This document shows positions 57,969-64,000 of a stretch of DNA of 64,000 nt, one piece after another; position 1 is the first letter of the stretch; every line of letters starts with the position of its first letter. Made by a program: the position numbers and the translations under genes. The notes under the pieces are model-generated. The model had not been told where the DNA came from and ran no database searches. It saw only the letters and a list, made by a program, of their open reading frames with translations. This DNA is from a virus, in the IMG/VR virus record IMGVR_UViG_3300030099_006533; one strand, given 5' to 3'.

Positions 57969-58442
57969 TTGATGGTCAAGTGGTTTACCGGTTCTGGACG
58001 AGAGATAGATTTTGCCGAGATTGTAGAGTACATCAAGGCCCACGCAGCCTCAAAAGGTAAAGTTTATCTAGGAACAGACTCCTTCCTGAATAAAGACAAA
58101 TGCACGTTTTCAACGGCGCTTGTTTTACATGGCGCCGAAAGTCAACGAGGCGGCCGCTATTTTGTAACAAGGATGAATGTAGAGAAAGGCAAGTATGATG
58201 TTTTGGTGGCTAGGATAACAGAAGAGACAAATCGCTCGGTCCAGCTGGGTTTGCGTCTCATGCAGATGTGTCCCAATTTGAAAATAGAAATTCACCTAGA
58301 TGTAAGCGCATCAGACAAGAAAGAAGGCACCAGCCAGTTTTCAGATATGCTTATTGGATTCGCAAAAGGGGCCGGCTTTGAAGCTAAAATTAAACCAGAA
58401 GCATTTGCAGCTGCGTCCATCGCTGATAAGCATTCTAAATAA
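57969..58442 (+). CDS. RNase H-like YkuK family protein
   Basis: VYLGTDS, RITEE..RS, EIHLDV, AASIAD. Confidence 0.75.
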   Translation: MMVKWFTGSGREIDFAEIVEYIKAHAASKGKVYLGTDSFLNKDKCTFSTALVLHGAESQRGGRYFVTRMNVEKGKYDVLVARITEETNRSVQLGLRLMQMCPNLKIEIHLDVSASDKKEGTSQFSDMLIGFAKGAGFEAKIKPEAFAAASIADKHSK

Positions 58443-58464
58443 AGTTACGATTACTATATGAGTT

Positions 58465-58472
58465 ACTATTTA
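58465..58472 (+). promoter_or_regulatory. Putative late promoter motif ACTATTTA opening a late-gene island
   Basis: Exact intergenic motif upstream of 58502. Confidence 0.62.
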
Positions 58473-58501
58473 TAAATGTTCGTTTATAAGGAGCCAATAC
58501 C

Positions 58502-58927
58502 GTGTTTTTAACTGATAAGATGTTGCGGCAGATGATTGCCGAAATTAAGGATGAGTATTTGACCCAACTACCCGGGAACTACGAAGATCCTCGTTGCGGC
58601 ACAGAAAATGCCATGGAAAACTTCTCATGTGAGTTGGATGAAATCGAAATAGACTCCAGCGAGGGCGTAAACTTTATGGGCAACAGCATGTCATATGAGG
58701 AGCTTATTTCGATTGTGGGCAACTATGTTGCTAGCCATGAGCAACGACACTCCGGCGGCGCCCCAATGAAGCAGCTTCGCGACGGTATCAAAGGCGCCAT
58801 CCGTGATGCATTGTCTGATGTTCCGCAAATGATTGCCGATGCACTGGCCGAAGAACTGGAACCTTATATTGAAGACGACGATGATCACATGATGCAATAT
58901 GATCAAGACGACATGGGAGAGTTTTAA
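58502..58927 (+). CDS. Acidic hypothetical protein, putative internal head protein
   Basis: GTG start, AAGGAG SD; N-terminus LRQMIAE. Confidence 0.7.
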   Translation: MFLTDKMLRQMIAEIKDEYLTQLPGNYEDPRCGTENAMENFSCELDEIEIDSSEGVNFMGNSMSYEELISIVGNYVASHEQRHSGGAPMKQLRDGIKGAIRDALSDVPQMIADALAEELEPYIEDDDDHMMQYDQDDMGEF

Positions 58928-59343
58928 TGCAGTTTAAAGTTGAAGACATCAAGCAGATGATCAAAGAAGAGCTTGAGGTTATCCTAACAAACGAAGAGGC
59001 CGGCGACTTATTCGGTATCGAAGTGCAGCGTCAGCTTGAGGAAGGTCATGGCGGCGAAGGCTCAATGGCTGTTGGTCAGCTAAATAGAATGGCCGAGATG
59101 GTTGACGAAGTTCGCGGCATGATTGACGAGCAGGACGACCTAGAAGAGTGGGTTGAGTCAAAGATTACAAAGGCTCATGATTATATCAATACGGTTCTGA
59201 ACTATCTCTCAGGAGCAGACGACGACCTCGACTCCACCGAACCCGGACTAGAACTTCCCCAGATTGATAGGGATACGTTTGATCGCATGAAGAACATCGG
59301 TCGTCAACGTGCGAACCCTAGACTAAAATACAAGGATTTATAA
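58927..59343 (+). CDS. Acidic hypothetical protein, putative internal head protein
   Basis: N-terminus IKQMIKEEL; EGSMAVGQL...LEEWVESKITKAHDYI. Confidence 0.72.
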   Translation: MQFKVEDIKQMIKEELEVILTNEEAGDLFGIEVQRQLEEGHGGEGSMAVGQLNRMAEMVDEVRGMIDEQDDLEEWVESKITKAHDYINTVLNYLSGADDDLDSTEPGLELPQIDRDTFDRMKNIGRQRANPRLKYKDL

Positions 59344-59347
59344 CAAA

Positions 59348-60139
59348 ATGAAAATCACCACAAAAAGACTCAAAGAGATTATCATGGAAGAGGTCAAGGC
59401 CCTTTCGGAGAATGCTCCTGCAGAAGAAATCGAAGAGGCTCGCGACGACCGAGACGATGCACAGGTCATGCGCGACATTGAACACATGCTTGAGACCCTT
59501 AAACTCTCAGACGAGGTAAGAAATGAACTTGAACGTATTCTAAACGAACTCTTTAAAGGTCGATACGGCCGCGATGATAAGCCATCACCGGTCGAGCCGA
59601 ATCCGCTAGCATCTCTCAGCATGGACCACTATGGCATGTCAACTCCGAGTTTCGAAGAGGGTCTGACCAAAAAGGATCTCGCAAGAATCATCCACGAGGA
59701 AACTGTCAAGGCCATCAAGGAAGGCGGCCAAGTCATCAACAAAGACGGCGAAATGATCTTCACCGACACAGATGGTGATGCATCCGACAAGGCTCGGATG
59801 GCGGCAAGACGAAACGACTACGAAAAGGTTTTGGAGAAGATTGCCAACATGATCAAGAGTGGCAAACCACAACTAGCATACGACGAAGCTCTCAAGATGC
59901 TCTCCGCTAGCAGCGAAAAAGGCAGGGAGCGTGCTAATGCTATCGAGCCCGAAGACGCGCTTGGAGAAGAGAATGAGGTGGAACTAGAAGAGAAGTTCTA
60001 CGGTGGAGCATATGACAAGTCGCGCTATACCAAAGGCCCGGATGGTAAGGAACGCGGCGAGCAGTCTGCCAACACAGGCTCAAGGCAAAAAGACAGCTCC
60101 ACTTCTCGCGATCGCAACAGGCATCCCAGCGGCCGATAA
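59348..60139 (+). CDS. Charged hypothetical protein, putative internal head protein
   Basis: MKITTKRLKEIIMEEV, with an internal second copy LTKKDLARIIHEET. Confidence 0.72.
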   Translation: MKITTKRLKEIIMEEVKALSENAPAEEIEEARDDRDDAQVMRDIEHMLETLKLSDEVRNELERILNELFKGRYGRDDKPSPVEPNPLASLSMDHYGMSTPSFEEGLTKKDLARIIHEETVKAIKEGGQVINKDGEMIFTDTDGDASDKARMAARRNDYEKVLEKIANMIKSGKPQLAYDEALKMLSASSEKGRERANAIEPEDALGEENEVELEEKFYGGAYDKSRYTKGPDGKERGEQSANTGSRQKDSSTSRDRNRHPSGR

Positions 60140-60155
60140 TAATCCACAATAACAC

Positions 60156-60184
60156 TTGACACAAAGCTAACAACCTGTTATATT
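60156..60184 (+). promoter_or_regulatory. Sigma70-type early promoter with extended -10
   Basis: TTGACA-17 nt-TATATT, TGn present. Confidence 0.75.
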
Positions 60185-60190
60185 ATATGA

Positions 60191-60466
60191 ATGGAATATA
60201 AGACAGGCGACATCGTCCTAGTAAAGAGCTTCGCAGGCCCAAACGTCCGCGTTCGCTTGGATGAGCGCCACGCCAACTTTGGTGATGGATGGGGTGCTGA
60301 AGGCTGGGACGCCACAATAATTTATAAAAAAGATATTGACAAACTACGCCAAAATGGTGTACCATATAAAAAGAGTGGAAAGCCGAATGTGTGGGTTTTC
60401 GACTTTGAAATAATCAAACTAATAAGGAGCAGCAGTGCTAAACCTAGACGACGACAAGAGAGCTAA
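60191..60466 (+). CDS. Small hypothetical protein (probably leaderless mRNA)
   Basis: 91 aa, SH3-like start YKTGDIVLVK; ATG at the predicted +1. Confidence 0.7.
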   Translation: MEYKTGDIVLVKSFAGPNVRVRLDERHANFGDGWGAEGWDATIIYKKDIDKLRQNGVPYKKSGKPNVWVFDFEIIKLIRSSSAKPRRRQES

Positions 60467-60713
60467 GATCGTTGAATATATCCGTTCCCTCAAGACCATT
60501 GAGGATGCAATGGAGCCATACAAGGAGCAGAAGCGCGAGCTTCGCAAGGACTTTAAGGATCAGGGTTGGCTAAACCAGACAGAGCAGCGTCTGGCTACCA
60601 AGGCTTACCGGCTTATGAAAAGCGAGATTGATCTTGATGAGCTGTATGATGTGTACGAGGCCCTAGTAAAGCCTTCGACAGCAACTGCAACCTACGATAA
60701 CACCGGAGATTAA
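60435..60713 (+). CDS. Small helical DNA-binding protein (GapR/T4 DsbA-like, tentative)
   Basis: AAGGAG SD with GTG start; IVEYIRSLKTIEDAMEPYKEQKRELRKDFKDQG. Confidence 0.55.
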   Translation: MLNLDDDKRAKIVEYIRSLKTIEDAMEPYKEQKRELRKDFKDQGWLNQTEQRLATKAYRLMKSEIDLDELYDVYEALVKPSTATATYDNTGD

Positions 60714-60714
60714 G

Positions 60715-61176
60715 GTGATTCTAGAGTTTTATAAGACCCGAAAGGACGTATTGACGCCCACCCGGGCCAACCCCTCTGACGCAGGGTTGGATGTATATTT
60801 TTGTCCAGAAGACTCAAGTCTATCTGGCAAGTGGCTTGAGCCCGGAGAGTCTGGCCTATTCCAGACTGGTCTCAAGTTCGGAGTGCCCCACGGGTACATG
60901 TTGGAAGTAAAGAACCGTTCAGGGAATGCAGCGAAGCGACATCTGTTAGTGGGCGCGTGTGTAGTTGATTCTGGTTATGATGGCGAGGTATTCGTAAACC
61001 TGCACAATGTAGGTAATGAACGGCAACTTATTGAAAAGAACATGAAGATCGCCCAACTTGTAATGACGCCCGTGGTGCACTTCCGTCCACTTGAACGCTC
61101 AGATGACAGCTTATACAATCAGCCTATGACAATCAGTAATCGTGGCGACGGTGCCCTTGGAAGCACCGATGTATAA
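60715..61176 (+). CDS. dut: Trimeric dUTPase
   Basis: DAGLDV, NRSG, VVDSGYDGEV, KIAQLV, RGDGALGSTD. Confidence 0.94.
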   Translation: MILEFYKTRKDVLTPTRANPSDAGLDVYFCPEDSSLSGKWLEPGESGLFQTGLKFGVPHGYMLEVKNRSGNAAKRHLLVGACVVDSGYDGEVFVNLHNVGNERQLIEKNMKIAQLVMTPVVHFRPLERSDDSLYNQPMTISNRGDGALGSTDV

Positions 61177-61681
61177 TCAAGCACAAAAATTTAGTACCGT
61201 TAGTTCAACCGACATATACTCTCAAGGCGGGATGGCTAATCACACAGGCTCAATGAACGAGGCCCATGTGAATGATCAACTACGCAACATCGGACTTCAA
61301 CCAGAGAAAAGAAGATACGAATCGTCATGGAGCTTACGGTCAGAGGTAGATTGCGATTTAGAAAAGTGTGATAAACTTGGAATCTGTGCTGAATACAAAG
61401 TTCAAAATGTCTCTGGTACCGCGGATCAGAAAGGCGGAACTGAACTTTACAATGCAGGCAAGAAAATTGTTTGTGATGATTATGTATTAGTTTTTTCTGG
61501 CTCACATTGGGAACATGGACGCGGCCAAAAGCTTTTTGAAATGTATAAAGAAATGGCATCCGACTTTAATGCGGCACCTGATAGATTTTGTGTAGCTGCT
61601 AAAAAACTTCATGTGATGAAACAATGTGAGTTTATCGAATTCGTAGAACAAAGACAAAAGGAGAGACTACAAAATGGATGA
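61169..61681 (+). CDS. PD-(D/E)xK-type nuclease, restriction-endonuclease-like (start could be 61232)
   Basis: EVDCDL...AEYKVQNVSGTADQK; overlaps the methyltransferase start. Confidence 0.55.
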   Translation: MYNQAQKFSTVSSTDIYSQGGMANHTGSMNEAHVNDQLRNIGLQPEKRRYESSWSLRSEVDCDLEKCDKLGICAEYKVQNVSGTADQKGGTELYNAGKKIVCDDYVLVFSGSHWEHGRGQKLFEMYKEMASDFNAAPDRFCVAAKKLHVMKQCEFIEFVEQRQKERLQNG

Positions 61682-62150
61682 AAATACAAAAAAAGTAATG
61701 TTCAGTTCCAAGACTGGTGACTGGGCTACCCCACAAGATTTCTTTGACAAACTTAACTGGCGCTATGGACCGTTTGATTTGGATCCCTGCGCCAGCACAC
61801 ACAATACGAAGTGTGCCAATTTCTTTACCGAGGCTGAAGATGGTCTCTCAAAGGACTGGACCGGTCACACCGTCTTTGTCAACCCTCCGTATGGTCGAGG
61901 TATTGACAAGTGGATTGCAAAGGGGTATAATACAGCTAAGGATGAGAACTCTAAGGTTGTCATGCTTATCCCAGCAAGGACGGATACTCGATATTGGCAC
62001 GATTATGTTATGAAGGCAGCAGAGGTACACTTTGTAAAGGGTCGCCTCAAGTTTGGAGACTCGCAAAACTCTGCTCCATTCCCATCTGCAGTTATCGTAT
62101 TCGACGGCAGCTATGCAGGACCACAAATTTTCGGTGCAATGAACCGATAA
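61674..62150 (+). CDS. dam: Phage DNA N6-adenine methyltransferase (phage Dam family)
   Basis: DWATPQ, FDLDPCA, VFVNPPYG, LIPARTDT, GRLKF. Confidence 0.88.
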   Translation: MDENTKKVMFSSKTGDWATPQDFFDKLNWRYGPFDLDPCASTHNTKCANFFTEAEDGLSKDWTGHTVFVNPPYGRGIDKWIAKGYNTAKDENSKVVMLIPARTDTRYWHDYVMKAAEVHFVKGRLKFGDSQNSAPFPSAVIVFDGSYAGPQIFGAMNR

Positions 62151-62159
62151 GGAGAACAC

Positions 62160-62525
62160 ATGTTAGATGAAACAGTACAGTCAGCTATTCTACAGCTGCA
62201 AGCACAACTAACTGGCATTATTGGCCAGATGAAAGATATGGCCCGCCGGCGCACTGAGCCCGCTGATCCGCAGGTTCTAGGCAACCTTGCCCTTCAGGCC
62301 GCTCAGATTCAGGGAGCAATCCAGGCGGTCACCCAGCTTCGTCAGGATCTGGTTGAAACCGGCCGCGATGCTCTGCGTCTCTCTGAAGAGCCAGCCAGTA
62401 CAACCGTGGAAGTACAGGAAGAAGACGATGAGGAGTTACCTAGTGTCATTACACAAGAGGTTCTAGATTCCCGCCGTGTTAAGCCACGCGACGCCGGTAC
62501 TGAGGAAGAGTCGAGTGAATCGTAA
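62160..62525 (+). CDS. Hypothetical protein (helical N-terminus, acidic C-terminus)
   Basis: AAGGAG SD; 121 aa. Confidence 0.7.
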   Translation: MLDETVQSAILQLQAQLTGIIGQMKDMARRRTEPADPQVLGNLALQAAQIQGAIQAVTQLRQDLVETGRDALRLSEEPASTTVEVQEEDDEELPSVITQEVLDSRRVKPRDAGTEEESSES

Positions 62526-62838
62526 GCAGCGACGTGCCATGGCTAGCCAGCAAAAGAAGGCCATCAAGAATTCTAAGGGCGCCCAAGATGATGTCGGCGC
62601 CAAGATGGCCTTGTTCGGGCACCTGCCAGATGCGTGCACAGCATGCAACAAGCCCTTTGATAAGAAGGACCAGTCTATGGTTATGTCATGGCACGTCACT
62701 GTTCGTGAGAAAGAAGAGAAAGTAAACTTATACTGCCCTCCTTGTTGGTCGAAAGCCATGGAGGTTGTAAAGCAGCTTCAAGAAGATATGGAAAAGGAAG
62801 AGTTCAGTCATGAGCATCAAAAGCACGCTAACGTATGA
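62515..62838 (+). CDS. Zn-finger-like hypothetical protein
   Basis: Likely GTG start at 62515 (VNRKQRR); CTAC and CPPC pairs. Confidence 0.65.
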   Translation: MNRKQRRAMASQQKKAIKNSKGAQDDVGAKMALFGHLPDACTACNKPFDKKDQSMVMSWHVTVREKEEKVNLYCPPCWSKAMEVVKQLQEDMEKEEFSHEHQKHANV

Positions 62839-63844
62839 TGATGTATTGTTGGTGCCCAAGTATAGCGACATTAGAAGCCGAAGCGAGATTGATATCTCAA
62901 GCAAACTAGATAGCAACATTACGCTAAGGCTACCAGTCATCGCCAGCCCAATGGATACAGTTAGCGGCTTTGAGATGGCTAGCTATCTTTCGAAGGTCGG
63001 TGGACTAGCCGTCTTGCATCGCTATATGAAGATCACCCAACAGGTAGAAGCAGTATCAAACCTCAAGAAGGAAACTGGTGCGATTGTCGCCGCGGCCATT
63101 GGCACAGGCAAGGAGCATCAAACCCGCGCTCTCTGTCTCGCCTCGGTAGGTGTTGATGTATTGTGCATCGACGTTGCTCATGGCCACCATATTGCTGTTA
63201 AAGAGATCATTGATTGGCTAAGGTCAGACCCGGCCTTTGATCATATTCACATCATGGCCGGCAATGTTGCAACACCGGAAGCCGTAGCAGAACTTGCAAC
63301 CTGGGGAGCCCAGTCTATTCGCATCGGCATCGGCGGCGGTTCCATTTGCTCAACCCGAATCCAGACCGGCCACGGAGTGCCTACCTTACAGTCTGTGATG
63401 GACTGCGCAGCGGTGGCAGACGAATACAACGTTAAACTAATTGCTGACGGTGGGATTAGAAACTCGGGAGACATTGTAAAGTCTTACGCAGCCGGCGCAG
63501 ACTTTGTTATGCTAGGATCTATTCTGGGCGGTACCCACGAGGCCCCCGGCCGAATCATTACAATGGGAGATAGAAAGTACAAAGAATACAGGGGTATGGC
63601 TTCCGCTGCAGCACAGATGGACTGGCGCGGCCGCACAGCCTCTTTGGAGGGCGTATCGAGTATGATTCCCTACAAGGGTCCTGTCGCCCCTATCCTAAGT
63701 CAGCTTGAGAACGGTATCAGAAGCGGGTTCTCATACTCAGGCGCTAGGAACTTCAACGAGTTTCAGCGAGCCGCAAGTATTATTCAGCAGTCCCCCGCCG
63801 GTCAGCTAGAAAGCTCAACTCATATTAAGGTAAGGTATGGCTGA
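62810..63844 (+). CDS. guaB: IMP dehydrogenase / GMP reductase family protein (no CBS domains)
   Basis: LTYDDVLLVP, ASPMDTV, IDVAHGH, GNVAT, GIGGGSICSTR, IADGGI, YRGMAS, EGVS. Confidence 0.88.
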   Translation: MSIKSTLTYDDVLLVPKYSDIRSRSEIDISSKLDSNITLRLPVIASPMDTVSGFEMASYLSKVGGLAVLHRYMKITQQVEAVSNLKKETGAIVAAAIGTGKEHQTRALCLASVGVDVLCIDVAHGHHIAVKEIIDWLRSDPAFDHIHIMAGNVATPEAVAELATWGAQSIRIGIGGGSICSTRIQTGHGVPTLQSVMDCAAVADEYNVKLIADGGIRNSGDIVKSYAAGADFVMLGSILGGTHEAPGRIITMGDRKYKEYRGMASAAAQMDWRGRTASLEGVSSMIPYKGPVAPILSQLENGIRSGFSYSGARNFNEFQRAASIIQQSPAGQLESSTHIKVRYG

Positions 63845-64000
63845 GAATGACGATTACGGTGTCAACGATAAGAAGATAATGTTCTATGACACCGACAAGC
63901 GGCATGCCGATTTAAAAATCAGGCTGCACCATGATGGATTAACGCAATCGGGTTTTTTCCGCATGCTCATCACAGGATACCTAGAGCAAGATTCTGAGCT
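63837..64000 (+). CDS. 5' part of a hypothetical protein (truncated by window end)
   Basis: ATG overlapping the guaB end; MAENDDYGVNDKKIMFYDTDKRHADLKIRLHHDGLTQSGFFR stays open to the end. Confidence 0.6.
   Translation, partial: MAENDDYGVNDKKIMFYDTDKRHADLKIRLHHDGLTQSGFFRMLITGYLEQDSE

Noticed and set aside
60336-60365. Internal promoter TTGACA-18 nt-TACCAT
   Set aside because: Weak -10, long spacer, inside a CDS just downstream of a stronger promoter
617-63474. Many 60-140 aa minus-strand and out-of-frame ORFs in the track
   Set aside because: All lie within well-supported + strand genes, lack SDs and motifs, and look like shadow ORFs
1-64000. tRNA genes, CRISPR arrays, IS elements, inteins or introns
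   Set aside because: T-arm-like strings (for example near 28447 and 38214) are inside CDS with no cloverleaf; no spaced direct-repeat array or transposase motif; terL, recA, dnaB, nrdJ and dnaE are of normal length and uninterrupted
1-64000. Alternative genetic code (stop-codon reassignment)
   Set aside because: Conserved genes are full length under the standard code, and TAA, TAG and TGA all terminate genes at expected ends

Overview
All plausible genes lie on the + strand. The window is part of a large T4-like myophage genome (contractile tail), apparently from an uncultured lineage. From about 200 to 39100 is a late morphogenesis region: terminase, portal, prohead protease, a phage ribosomal protein bS21, five Ser/Gly-rich fibre or decoration genes, scaffold, major capsid, neck, sheath, tube, chaperone, tape measure and hub. 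Most late transcription units are preceded by an ACTATTTA motif. From about 39100 to 64000 is an early replication and nucleotide-metabolism region with sigma70-type promoters. It holds a minimal family-A polymerase, a divergent FtsZ/tubulin, gp32-like SSB, RecA, two lipoproteins, a deaminase, UvdE, ThyX, a 5'-3' nuclease, DnaB, class II RNR, GroES, a divergent nucleotidyltransferase, DnaE, a YkuK-like protein, dUTPase, a nuclease plus adenine methyltransferase pair, and IMPDH/GMPR. A three-gene late island interrupts it at 58.5-60.1 kb. The best unexplained signals are a probable H-type RNA pseudoknot in the SSB leader (T4 gene-32-like autoregulation), a perfect 12-bp inverted repeat that spans a promoter and hides a Shine-Dalgarno, a candidate +1/-2 frameshift in the tail chaperone, a C-terminal module shared by four fibre genes, and a shared N-terminal motif that may target proteins to the capsid. 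All calls come from reading motifs by eye; no database searches or folding programs were run.
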